The notes below the pieces were generated by a model, which saw only the letters and a list, made by a program, of their open reading frames with translations, did not search any database and had not been told where the DNA came from. From Candidatus Altiarchaeota archaeon (lineage in GTDB: Archaea > Altiarchaeota > Altiarchaeia > IMC4 > SCGC-AAA252-I15): 64,000 nucleotides of DNA. Positions within the stretch are counted from its first letter, which is position 1, and each line of letters opens with the position of its first letter. Shown here piece by piece: positions 19,306 through 29,002 of the stretch. Position numbers and translations under genes: made by a program. The stretch is from contig JAZDIN010000025.1 of the NCBI GenBank assembly GCA_043804895.1, forward strand, positions 36,764 through 100,763, read 5' to 3'.

Positions 19306-20082
19306 ATGAAAGTTGTTATACTCTGCGGTGGCCGCGGAACTCGGCTAAGGGAGGAGACAGAGTACAAGCCAAAGCCCCTGGTTGAGGTAGGCGGCAGGCC
19401 CCTACTCTGGCACCTAATGCACATCTATGCGAAATACGGGTTTAAAGAGTTTGTTCTGTGCCTCGGGTACAAGGGGAACTTGATCAAGGAGTATTTCCTT
19501 AATTACGATGCCATGAACAACGACTTCACAATACACCTTGGTGACCGGAAGGAGATTGCGGTGCACAGCATGCACCGCGAGCATGACTGGCGTGTAACCC
19601 TAGCTGACACCGACGAGGAGTCACTAACTGGCACAAGGATTAAGAAGATAGAAAAGTACATTGACAGCGACACGTTCATGTTAACATACGGAGATGGACT
19701 GGCAGACGTCGATATAAAAAAACTACTTGAATTCCACAAATCCCATGGGAAGATCGGGACCATCACTGGAGTGCACCCCTCATCACGCTTCGGTGAGATA
19801 CAAGCCGAGGGGGGCAGGGTATTGTCCTTCCACGAGAAACCAAGTTCATTCTCAGGGCTTATAAACGGCGGATTCTTCGTCTTCGATAAAAAGTTCTTCA
19901 GGTACCTAGACCTGGAAAAGAATCAAGCCCTAGAGGCAAAGCCCCTCGTTGAACTATCACGTGAGGGTGAGCTTATGGTCTTCAAGCATGAGGGGTTCTG
20001 GCAATGCATGGACACCTACCGGGAGGTCGAGATTCTGAACAACTTATGGAACTCTGGAAAACCTCCCTGGAAAATCTGGTGA
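19306..20082 (+). CDS. rfbF: Glucose-1-phosphate cytidylyltransferase
   Basis: 'LCGGRGTRLREETEYKPKP', 'LGYKG', 'TYGDG', 'INGGFF', 'GFWQCMDT', ends PWKIW. Confidence 0.95.
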   Translation: MKVVILCGGRGTRLREETEYKPKPLVEVGGRPLLWHLMHIYAKYGFKEFVLCLGYKGNLIKEYFLNYDAMNNDFTIHLGDRKEIAVHSMHREHDWRVTLADTDEESLTGTRIKKIEKYIDSDTFMLTYGDGLADVDIKKLLEFHKSHGKIGTITGVHPSSRFGEIQAEGGRVLSFHEKPSSFSGLINGGFFVFDKKFFRYLDLEKNQALEAKPLVELSREGELMVFKHEGFWQCMDTYREVEILNNLWNSGKPPWKIW

Positions 20083-20135
20083 AATGCCTTTAACTTCTCT
20101 TTAAAACCCTTAACTGTTAAATAATTTAAAGTAAA

Positions 20136-21134
20136 ATGGATGACAGGTTTTGGAGGGACAGAAATGTCTTCGTGACCGGTTGCACTGGCTTCCTCGGGTC
20201 GTGGCTTACGAAAGCATTGGTTGATCGAGGGGCTAATGTCACCGGACTTATTCGTGACTGGATTCCAAAATCCAACCTGGTACTGACCGGATACAACGAA
20301 AAGGTTAGTGTCGTGAGGGGAGCGGTCGAGGATTATCCACTACTGGAAAGAACGCTGAACGAATATGAAATAGATACAGTATTCCACCTGGCAGCTCAGA
20401 CCATAGTAACAATAGCTAATAGGGGCCCGTTATCGACATTCGAGACCAACATAAAAGGAAGCTGGAGCCTGCTCGAGGCCAGTAGGAGGGCTCCTCTTGT
20501 CAGGCGCATCATATGCGCCTCAAGCGACAAGGCATACGGAAACCAGATACGGCTTCCCTACAGCGAGGACACACCTCTTGAGGGCAGGCATCCGTACGAC
20601 GTCTCCAAGAGTTGCGAAGACCTAATCGCTAGATCATACTTCGAGACCTACGGCCTCCCGGTCTGCGTCACAAGGTGCGGGAACTTCTTTGGCGGCGGGG
20701 ACTTGAATTTCAACAGGATCGTGCCCGGGACGATACGTTCTGTAAACTACGGTGAGAGGCCACTGATTCGAAGCGATGGAAAATCCACTAGGGATTACAT
20801 ATACATAGAGGACGCTGTAGAAGCCTATATGCTCTTGGCTGAGCGGATGGGCGACAAAAAAATCCACGGCGAGGCGTTAAACTTCAGCAACGAGAAGCCG
20901 ATGACAGTCAAAGGGCTGGTGGAAAGGATAATCAAGATTATGGGAAGTGACCTCAGACCGGTAATACTGGACGAGGCATCCAACGAGATACGGCACCAGT
21001 ACCTTTCTTCAAAAAAGGCGAGGAAAATTCTGAATTGGAAGCCACACTACGACTTTGAGGCGGGTATGAAAAGGACGATAGAATGGTATGTCGGATTCTT
21101 GAACGATGGGGTAGTCATCGGGGAGAAACACTGA
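20136..21134 (+). CDS. rfbG: CDP-glucose 4,6-dehydratase-like SDR
   Basis: '[20 protein letters not shown]', 'HLAAQ', 'SSDKAY', 'PYDVSK', 'GGGD'; follows rfbF. Confidence 0.8.
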   Translation: MDDRFWRDRNVFVTGCTGFLGSWLTKALVDRGANVTGLIRDWIPKSNLVLTGYNEKVSVVRGAVEDYPLLERTLNEYEIDTVFHLAAQTIVTIANRGPLSTFETNIKGSWSLLEASRRAPLVRRIICASSDKAYGNQIRLPYSEDTPLEGRHPYDVSKSCEDLIARSYFETYGLPVCVTRCGNFFGGGDLNFNRIVPGTIRSVNYGERPLIRSDGKSTRDYIYIEDAVEAYMLLAERMGDKKIHGEALNFSNEKPMTVKGLVERIIKIMGSDLRPVILDEASNEIRHQYLSSKKARKILNWKPHYDFEAGMKRTIEWYVGFLNDGVVIGEKH

Positions 21135-21213
21135 TGGACGAATGACTGTCCTCGCACGAAGACAACCCCCGGGAAGAATATTAAGGGATAATATACAAGT
21201 GTTGTGAAAGAAG

Positions 21214-22434
21214 ATGATTAAAGTTAAAAGGCGGGAGACGTGTCGCATCTGTGGTTGCCATGACATGCGTAAGGTAATTAATTTTCCTGAATGCCCCCTA
21301 GTTGAGGATTTCAGGACAAAAAAGGATGTGGGTGGTGAATTCCTCTATCCTCTAACCATTTACGTGTGCGAAAGATGTAAGCAGATACAGACACTACACG
21401 ATGTGGATGTGAGCGGCTACTATAAGGGTTTCATATACTCCGTCGCAAGTTCGCCTTTCGCCAGACAGTTCATGAAGAATTTAGCAGGCTCACTCTTTGA
21501 GAGATACAACCTGAAGAAGGGAGCGTCCGTCCTTGAGATAGGCAGCGGTGACGGTTTCCAGTTGTCTTGCTTCCAAGACATTGGGGCTAGGGTGTACGGT
21601 ATAGAACCCTCCAAGCCTCTTGTTGATATAAGCTTGGAAAGGGGGGTCCCAGTCATACAAGCGCTTTTCTCCAATGATGTCCTTGACAGAATACCCAAAG
21701 AACTCTTCCCATTTCAGGTGGTCCTTCTGACCTACACATTCGACCACCTTACTGACCCCTTATCCTTCCTTGTCTCAATAAGAGATTTCATAGACCAGAA
21801 GAAGGGTCTTCTGGTACTTGAGGTGCACGATCTTCCGAAGATAATGGAACGAAGAGAGTACTGCCTTTTCGGTCACGAGCACCCATGCTATTTCAGCGTT
21901 GACACAATACGCAACGTCCTTGTTGAGGGTGGGTTCGAGCTTGTTGACTGCGAACTTCTACCTGAAAGCCAAAGACGCGGGAACTCGTTGCTTGTCGTGG
22001 CAAAGCCTGCCGCTGACCCACAAAAAACCCCGAAACACCTAATCTATCCCAAATTACAACGACTAGAAGCCTATGATGCGTTCGGGCATCAGGTGGAGAA
22101 TAGCCTGTACAATTTTAGAAACCAGGTAATCGAAGATAAAAAAATAGGCACAACGTTCGCTGGATATGGGGCTGGAGGAAGGGGGGTTCTTACCCTGGCG
22201 ATGACGGGTCTTAAGTCAGATGATATAGGATACCTATGCGACAAGAATGAGAAATTCTACGGGTACTACACTCCCAAGTCACATGTGCCGATAGTGCCGC
22301 TTGAACACGCGCTTGAGAACATGGTCGATAAAATGATCGTGTTTTCATACGGATACATGAAGGACATATCACAAGACATGTCAGGATTTACAAAAAGCGG
22401 GGGCATTCTGATACCCCTGCTGGAGCTACTCTAA
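21214..22434 (+). CDS. NDP-hexose C-methyltransferase-like (Zn-binding, SAM-dependent)
   Basis: 'CRICG...CERC', 'EIGSGDG', 'GIEPS', 'HEH.CYFS', 'GYGA', 'TPKSHVPI'. Confidence 0.82.
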   Translation: MIKVKRRETCRICGCHDMRKVINFPECPLVEDFRTKKDVGGEFLYPLTIYVCERCKQIQTLHDVDVSGYYKGFIYSVASSPFARQFMKNLAGSLFERYNLKKGASVLEIGSGDGFQLSCFQDIGARVYGIEPSKPLVDISLERGVPVIQALFSNDVLDRIPKELFPFQVVLLTYTFDHLTDPLSFLVSIRDFIDQKKGLLVLEVHDLPKIMERREYCLFGHEHPCYFSVDTIRNVLVEGGFELVDCELLPESQRRGNSLLVVAKPAADPQKTPKHLIYPKLQRLEAYDAFGHQVENSLYNFRNQVIEDKKIGTTFAGYGAGGRGVLTLAMTGLKSDDIGYLCDKNEKFYGYYTPKSHVPIVPLEHALENMVDKMIVFSYGYMKDISQDMSGFTKSGGILIPLLELL

Positions 22435-22435
22435 C

Positions 22436-23365
22436 ATGCGTGCTCTGATCAGCGGCGGAACAGGTTTTGTGGGCTCTCATCTGGTTCGCCGACTGGTCGG
22501 TGACGGATGGGATGTCTCGATTCTGGTCAGACGGGAAAGCGATACTTGGAGGATAAAGGATGTCCTGCGTGACGTTGCCGTCGTATATGGGGACCTGAGG
22601 AAACTAAGCGACTGCGAAGAGAAGATAAAATCGCTGAAACCTGAAGCACTCTTCCATCTTGCATGGCATGGCGCGGGCTCTAACAAGGATGCTAACAACA
22701 TTGGACAGGTGTTCGACAACATCGATGGGAGCCTTAAGCTTGTGAAGGCTTGCGGTGAAACTGGATGCAGCTGCATGGTTGGGCTAGGTTCGGTCCTTGA
22801 GTACGGTAACTACAGCATCCCCGTCAAAGAGGATGGTATAGCCACCCCAAAGACGCTATACGGAACAGCCAAATATGCAACAGGAGTTATCGCAGAGCGT
22901 TTATGTGCGCAATACGATATGAGATTCTCCTGGCTTAGGCTATTCTGGTCATACGGCCCAGCTGACATTGAGACCCGTATGATACCCTACGTGATAACGA
23001 GACTCCTTAAGGGTGAGACCCCCTCTCTGACTGAGGGGAGGCAGAAGTGGGACTACATCTATATTGACGACGCTGTGAACGCAGTGATTTCTGCAGCGGA
23101 AAATCAGAAGGCAAATGGATTCTTCAATCTCGGCTCTGGACAGGCTTATACAGTACGTCACGTCGCGGAAAAGGCAAGGGATCTCATTAACCCGAATCTG
23201 AAGCTTGGTTTGGGAAAGATACCCTACGCTCCCGGCCAGATTATGCACCTTGAGGCTGATATAAACTCCCTACGAACCGCGACAGGATGGAGTCCAAAAG
23301 TTGAGCTTGCCGATGGTTTGGCATCGACAATCTCATGGTATAAAAAACATATGGTGCGTTCATGA
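22436..23365 (+). CDS. NAD-dependent epimerase/reductase (CDP-sugar reductase-like)
   Basis: 'GGTGFVG', 'HLAW', 'GSVLEYG', 'YGTAK'. Confidence 0.85.
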   Translation: MRALISGGTGFVGSHLVRRLVGDGWDVSILVRRESDTWRIKDVLRDVAVVYGDLRKLSDCEEKIKSLKPEALFHLAWHGAGSNKDANNIGQVFDNIDGSLKLVKACGETGCSCMVGLGSVLEYGNYSIPVKEDGIATPKTLYGTAKYATGVIAERLCAQYDMRFSWLRLFWSYGPADIETRMIPYVITRLLKGETPSLTEGRQKWDYIYIDDAVNAVISAAENQKANGFFNLGSGQAYTVRHVAEKARDLINPNLKLGLGKIPYAPGQIMHLEADINSLRTATGWSPKVELADGLASTISWYKKHMVRS

Positions 23366-24219
23366 GCCTTAAGAGGAAGTCGTGTGACTCAAAAGCACTA
23401 GCCACGAGAGTGCGCGCGCATGCGCTCAACATGACACATAACGCCCGCGCCTCACACATCGGTTCGTCCCTTTCAGTCGCTGACATACTTACGGTACTTT
23501 ACAGCAGAATACTCCGCATCGACCCGGCCAGACCAGACTGGCCCATGCGTGACAGGTTCATACTAAGCAAGGGACATGCTGCCGCAGCACTTTACGCAGT
23601 GCTTTCAGAGTCAGGATTCCTTCAGAAAAACTCCCTGAAGACCTACTGCCAGGATGACTCGGCGCTTGGCGGCCACGCATCAATGAAGGTTTCGGGTGTA
23701 GACTTTTCAACTGGTTCACTTGGACACGGTCTTGCGATAGGATCTGGGATGGCTCTTGCAGCCAAGCGGGATCGCTGCAGATACAGGGTTTTCGTTCTTT
23801 TAAGCGATGGCGAATGTAATGAGGGTTCAATCTGGGAGGCAGCAATGTTCGCTGCACACCACAGGTTGGATAATCTGACCGCTATTATAGACTATAACAA
23901 ACTGCAGGCGTTTGGCCGAGTTGAGGATGTACTTGACCTTGAGCCTCTCGCTGAGAAATGGAAGTCCTTCGGATGGTCAACCCAAGAGATTGATGGCCAC
24001 AATCACGTTAAGATAGAAGGCGCTCTGAGTCGCGTTCCTCTCAAATCAGGTAAACCAAGCTGTATAATAGCGCACACAGTTAAAGGCAAGGGTGTCTCTT
24101 TCATGGAAGACCAACTTGACTGGCATTACAAGTCGCCTGACATAAAACAACTAACCTCAGCACTCATCGAGCTTGGGGTACCCAATAATGATCTCCCACC
24201 TTGGGGACAACGAAGATGA
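23362..24219 (+). CDS. Transketolase, N-terminal (TPP-binding) subunit
   Basis: 'HIGSSLS', 'RDRFILSKGH', 'STGSLGHGL', 'SDGECNEG', 'TVKGKG'. Confidence 0.93.
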   Translation: MSLKRKSCDSKALATRVRAHALNMTHNARASHIGSSLSVADILTVLYSRILRIDPARPDWPMRDRFILSKGHAAAALYAVLSESGFLQKNSLKTYCQDDSALGGHASMKVSGVDFSTGSLGHGLAIGSGMALAAKRDRCRYRVFVLLSDGECNEGSIWEAAMFAAHHRLDNLTAIIDYNKLQAFGRVEDVLDLEPLAEKWKSFGWSTQEIDGHNHVKIEGALSRVPLKSGKPSCIIAHTVKGKGVSFMEDQLDWHYKSPDIKQLTSALIELGVPNNDLPPWGQRR

Positions 24220-24225
24220 AAAAAC

Positions 24226-25446
24226 ATGAACCAAAAACTTAACTCAAAAAAGGCTACAAGAGTGTACATGTGGCAGAATGGGCTTTGCATAACCTACTTG
24301 TTGATTTTCAGAAAGTTCCAGGAATTCCTTAAGGCGAATGGCTGGGAAATAGTCAACAAACCCGCCGATGCCGAGTGGATAGTGACCGGGGCATGCGGCA
24401 GCTTCCTACCAGTGATAGACGACTACCTCAGGCACATCGAGTCCTACCTCCGCGGAGGTAAGAAGGTCTTAGTATACGGCTGCCTGCCAAAAATTACTCC
24501 GGAAAGATACCATGAGTACGAAAAAAGGGCGAATCTTCTAATACCTCCGGAAAGGCCAGAGCTTATAGAGGAACTTATCCCAAATGCTAGGGTCAGATGG
24601 TCTGACATCCCAAACAATGGAGAGTTCAGGAGAGAAGACTACCGGAACTACGACCCCACGAGGAAGTATGTCCTAATACAATACGGTTGTAGCATAGAGT
24701 GCACATACTGCCCTCACGTGAAGGGTATAGGCAAGAACGTCAGCAGGTCTAAAAAGGAAGTGATAAATGAGGTCAATTCTATGCTAAACAACGGGGCCAA
24801 GACCATATTCCTTGAAGGCAGAGACATAGGGTCCTGGGGTATCGATCTCAAACAGCAAGACTCCTTCCCCAGCATTCTAGAGGAAATACTAACTCTGCCA
24901 GGCAACTTCGACGTCTACGTAAACCAATTTGGAGCTAACTGGGCAGTACACTACGGGAAAAGGCTATTCGAACTTTTTGAGAACCCGAAGATAAGGGACG
25001 TGCACATACCCATTCAGACGACAAGTGAACGGCTGTTGACGCTCATGGGACGTAACCCAAATGTTAAAAAACTCAGCCCACTCCTTAAGTCTTTGAGGGT
25101 GAACAGACCCAACCTCATGCTCAGGACCGACCTGATAATAGGTTTCCCGACCGAGACAGAGGAGGAACTCAATGACACCCTAGAGTTCGTAAAGGAACAT
25201 TTTGATGAGGTCGCATGTCACGGTCTCGAGCTTCACCCTAACACCAAACTCATGGAGATGAAGCTGCCCTTCTTCGACCAATCCTTAATCGAAGAGCGCG
25301 TAGAACGCGCGAGAAAATACCTTGAGGAAAGCGGTGTGGTGGCCCACCGCGGAGGCCAGGTCTTCAAGACTATGGTCAAGCGTGAGAGGGTGATGAAAAA
25401 GAAGAGGGGGAGGACACATCTGTCAAGGGGTGGCATTAAGAAATGA
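24226..25446 (+). CDS. MiaB/RimO-like methylthiotransferase-type radical SAM protein lacking a TRAM domain
   Basis: Three N-terminal Cys (GLC, GAC, YGC), 'GCSIECTYC', 'HIPIQT', 'TDLIIGFPTETEEE'; ends in a short basic tail. Confidence 0.8.
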   Translation: MNQKLNSKKATRVYMWQNGLCITYLLIFRKFQEFLKANGWEIVNKPADAEWIVTGACGSFLPVIDDYLRHIESYLRGGKKVLVYGCLPKITPERYHEYEKRANLLIPPERPELIEELIPNARVRWSDIPNNGEFRREDYRNYDPTRKYVLIQYGCSIECTYCPHVKGIGKNVSRSKKEVINEVNSMLNNGAKTIFLEGRDIGSWGIDLKQQDSFPSILEEILTLPGNFDVYVNQFGANWAVHYGKRLFELFENPKIRDVHIPIQTTSERLLTLMGRNPNVKKLSPLLKSLRVNRPNLMLRTDLIIGFPTETEEELNDTLEFVKEHFDEVACHGLELHPNTKLMEMKLPFFDQSLIEERVERARKYLEESGVVAHRGGQVFKTMVKRERVMKKKRGRTHLSRGGIKK

Positions 25447-26357
25447 GGCCCACATTTGCCAACACTCTTTACGACCTAGCTAAACGAGACAAAGGGGTCT
25501 ACCTACTCACATCGGACGTAGGCTACTCAGTCTTCGAGAGGTTCATCGACGACCTACCCAAACAATACGTCAACGTCGGCATAGCTGAAGCCAATATGAT
25601 TGGCATTTCCGCGGGCCTCGCGTCTTCTGGAAAGAAGGTTTTCGCCTACTCAATGTCGCATTTCCTAACCCTCCGGTGTTACGAGCAGATAAAACTTGAC
25701 CTATGTTACCCAAAGCTCAACGTCAAGTTAATAGGTTCAGGAGGCGGTTTGACTTACGGCTCGCAGGGGCCAACTCACCAGTCGAATGAAGACATCTCGA
25801 TAATGCGTTCCCTACCCAACATGTGCGTCATTTGCCCAGGAGATCCTATTGAGACAGGGTATGCAGTGAGAGAGGCGTTGAAACGAGGCGGACCTGTCTA
25901 CATAAGGCTCAGTAAAAAAGATCCGATTGTGCACGCATCTGATGACATAGACTTCCGGATTGGTAAGGGCATCATCCTGAATAATGGTTCAGACCTTACA
26001 CTCATATCTACTGGCAACATGCTAGCTACGGCAAAGGAAGTGTGCGAGAGGTTTCAAGCCGATGGAAAAAAGGTGTGTCTTGTGAGCATGCACACTATCA
26101 AACCTCTTGACATTAGGTTGGTCAAGGAACTTGCTGAGACAGGCAGACCGATGTTTTCGCTTGAAGAGCACAGCTTAGTGGGTGGATTGGGAGGTGCAAT
26201 CTCAGAAGTTCTTGCGGAACTAGACTGCAAGGTCCCATTCCGGCGGATAGCCCTACCAGATGGTTTCTGCAACGTTATCGGAAGCCAAACCCACCTGCGG
26301 AGGAGTTACGGGCTAGACCCGGATAGTGTTTACAGGACTATCAGAGATATCCTATAA
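25443..26357 (+). CDS. Transketolase, C-terminal subunit
   Basis: 'NVGIAEANMIG', 'YEQI', 'GPTHQS.ED', 'GPVYIRL', 'EEHS..GGLG'. Confidence 0.93.
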   Translation: MRPTFANTLYDLAKRDKGVYLLTSDVGYSVFERFIDDLPKQYVNVGIAEANMIGISAGLASSGKKVFAYSMSHFLTLRCYEQIKLDLCYPKLNVKLIGSGGGLTYGSQGPTHQSNEDISIMRSLPNMCVICPGDPIETGYAVREALKRGGPVYIRLSKKDPIVHASDDIDFRIGKGIILNNGSDLTLISTGNMLATAKEVCERFQADGKKVCLVSMHTIKPLDIRLVKELAETGRPMFSLEEHSLVGGLGGAISEVLAELDCKVPFRRIALPDGFCNVIGSQTHLRRSYGLDPDSVYRTIRDIL

Positions 26358-26393
26358 TCAAAAGTTATTAAGGGGGGGCACAGAATCTATACC

Positions 26394-27116
26394 ATGCCAG
26401 AAAGTGGATTCAAAGGTCCGATATTCTCGATAATCATCCCCTCATACAACGAAGAGGAAACATTGCCAATATCGATTCCCGATTTATTAAAGCATCTTGG
26501 AGAGGCGGAAATATCAGATTTTGAGCTCTTGATAGTAGATAATGGCTCCTTTGACAAAACAGGTGACGTAATACGCGAGCTAATGGGAAAAGACAGGAGG
26601 ATAAGGTCCGTAAGGGTTCCTTTCAACCAGGGGTGGGGGTTAGGCGTGATGTCAGGGTGCTCTCAGGCGTTGGGCAGGTACGTCGTGTATATGTGCGCGG
26701 ACCTGCAGGTGCCTCACAAAGCCCTGGTTGAGGTGTGCGAGAGGATTGCCAGGGAAGACTCTGACAAAGTTATCGTCAAGGTGAATAGGGTTGTTAGGGA
26801 TGACGGGGTAGCCAGGGGGATATCATCCAACCTCTACAACCTTTTTATTAACCTCATGTTCCTTGGGGTTTCACCAGACGTTAACGGCACACCCAAGGCA
26901 CTTTCCCTGAAGTTGTGGAGGCAGCTTGACGTGAGGAACAGGGGTTCGTTTACTGACACTGAGGTCTTGATTAAGGCTAAGAGGGCTAATGCGAGGATTA
27001 TCGAGATAGAAACAGTTTCAGTTAAGAGGATATGTGGTTCGTCCACTGTTAGGATATCCCAACTTCCTTTTGAGATGTTTTTTGACGCCATCAAATTCAG
27101 GCTAAACATTACCTAG
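26394..27116 (+). CDS. GT2 glycosyltransferase (polyprenol-phosphate sugar synthase-like)
   Basis: 'IIIPSYNEE', 'VDNGSFDKT', 'CADLQ'. Confidence 0.85.
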   Translation: MPESGFKGPIFSIIIPSYNEEETLPISIPDLLKHLGEAEISDFELLIVDNGSFDKTGDVIRELMGKDRRIRSVRVPFNQGWGLGVMSGCSQALGRYVVYMCADLQVPHKALVEVCERIAREDSDKVIVKVNRVVRDDGVARGISSNLYNLFINLMFLGVSPDVNGTPKALSLKLWRQLDVRNRGSFTDTEVLIKAKRANARIIEIETVSVKRICGSSTVRISQLPFEMFFDAIKFRLNIT

Positions 27117-27163
27117 ATGTCATAGACTGACTTGATGTCAATGTGATTGGTGTGGGCGTTAAT

Positions 27164-29002
27164 ATGGTAAGGAAAATCAATGTAACGGATCATTGGCTTG
27201 TACTGGTAGTATTCCTTTTGTCTATAGTCTACATTACGGGATACGATTTCTCACTCAACTCAAATGACCCGAATGAGCAATTACCCCTTATCAAGAGGGT
27301 ATTGGATAAGGAGTATCTCACCAATGACTGGTATGTAAACAGCTCTCAGGCATTTTCTATACGGTCCTACTACACATACGTGGTCGCTTTTTTCCCCGAA
27401 TTCATCGGGCTGGCTAATGTGTACTTCATACTCTACTTACTGTCCTATTCACTCACAATCTATGCTTCCTATCGCATATCCAAAATGATGCTAAAGGACA
27501 ACCTTGCAACACTCCTAGTCATGTTCATGGTAATCTTCGGACCAAATGCTTCCCTTGGCAGCTTCAGACTAGTGGAATGGGAGTTCATACCAAGGTCGCT
27601 AGCTAACCCCCTGATACTCTTAGGGATATATTTCATCCTCAATGGTAGTTTGCCCGTTTCCGGATTCCTATTCGGCCTTGCAAGCATATTCCACCCGTCT
27701 ATGGGCATACTAATGGGTGTGGTGTTCTTGACATACCTACTCTTTAATGCGCGAAGTATCGGGCTTCGTGAAGTCCTAAAATCATCGGCATGTTTTATAG
27801 TGGTCAGCCTCTTCGTCATAATCCCAACAATACTCCTGGGCTCATCGGTTTCAGACCCGGAGGCCATTGCCATATTTACTAAGGTGGTTAGTCCTCACAT
27901 CTTCTTCCCCACATACTTCGGGTTAAATCAGTACCTAACGTTCATGTCACTTGCAGCTTTGGTCGCACTCGCAATAAAATATGGATCTAAGCTTGATAAT
28001 ACTAAGGCCGCATTTTCTTTGATTGCACTTATTTTAATGCTTGCATTAACTGGCGCATTTTTCACGGAAATCGTTCCATTGCCTTGGATTTACATATTCA
28101 ACCTCTTCAGGCCAATGCAGTTCGCCTACCTATTTGGATTCATATTTGTCTCTGGTTTTCTGGCGCATGAAATTAATCGCTCGACAAGTCCGGTCAATCG
28201 GATAATCCCCCTCGCCGTTGCATCTTCATTTGCAGCATCTTATGTGATGTCTGCCACCACGATACTCTACCTTGTGTATGTTAAGTACCTCAGGAACAGG
28301 ATAGAATCATTAGCCCCGAAAAAAGCATTGGTTGGAATAGTAGCTGTGTTAGTTCTAGCTACTGCATCCATTACCATATACCTGTTCCATCTAGAAGGGT
28401 CGTCCTTATATTTAAATTTGTCAAAGACATTGCGTCTTTTGGGCATATTTGTCTTTTTAGCATCTGCCTCTTCAAAGGTTATCGTATCGTACTCTAAACG
28501 TGTAATGGATGGGTACATAGAACATTTAATATCGATATTCATCGCCATGTTAGTACTATTCTCCGTATACCAGTCTGGTGGTCTAAGTACTGAAAGAATG
28601 CCGCGCGATCCAATGACAGCCAACCTTTATCAATGGGTAAAGGTCAATACACCCAAGGATGCGGTTTTTATAATACCCCCACACCTATATACATTCCGCA
28701 TTGGAGCTTCTAGAGCGGTTTTCGCCGATTCATTTTCAAGGCCTTTCACTGATGAAGGTATTATCGACTGGAGCAGCAGAATGAAGCAGTTTGCAAAAAA
28801 CTTCGACACGAGGTTAGGCTATGACCTCTCCAATGACTTGAAAGCTGGTTACAACTCAACAAACACCTTAGAATTTGAGCGTATTGGAAAAACGTACGGT
28901 GCGTCCTACGTACTTACTGAAAAACCGAAAGTGCTCGAAATTGATCCGGTATTTGAGAATGAAAAATACGTACTCTACAATCTAAGCCAATATTCAAACT
29001 AA
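27164..29002 (+). CDS. Polytopic membrane protein, probable GT-C-fold glycan transferase
   Basis: More than 12 TM segments, 'NDWYV', and C-terminal 'WVKVNTPKDAVFIIPP..FR...RA..YG.SYV' shared with GT-C-associated membrane proteins. Confidence 0.55.
   Translation: MVRKINVTDHWLVLVVFLLSIVYITGYDFSLNSNDPNEQLPLIKRVLDKEYLTNDWYVNSSQAFSIRSYYTYVVAFFPEFIGLANVYFILYLLSYSLTIYASYRISKMMLKDNLATLLVMFMVIFGPNASLGSFRLVEWEFIPRSLANPLILLGIYFILNGSLPVSGFLFGLASIFHPSMGILMGVVFLTYLLFNARSIGLREVLKSSACFIVVSLFVIIPTILLGSSVSDPEAIAIFTKVVSPHIFFPTYFGLNQYLTFMSLAALVALAIKYGSKLDNTKAAFSLIALILMLALTGAFFTEIVPLPWIYIFNLFRPMQFAYLFGFIFVSGFLAHEINRSTSPVNRIIPLAVASSFAASYVMSATTILYLVYVKYLRNRIESLAPKKALVGIVAVLVLATASITIYLFHLEGSSLYLNLSKTLRLLGIFVFLASASSKVIVSYSKRVMDGYIEHLISIFIAMLVLFSVYQSGGLSTERMPRDPMTANLYQWVKVNTPKDAVFIIPPHLYTFRIGASRAVFADSFSRPFTDEGIIDWSSRMKQFAKNFDTRLGYDLSNDLKAGYNSTNTLEFERIGKTYGASYVLTEKPKVLEIDPVFENEKYVLYNLSQYSN

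Noticed and set aside
26372..26378. G7 tract (and the G-run near 29735) as phase-variation switches
   Set aside because: The tracts are short and the associated reading frames are intact.
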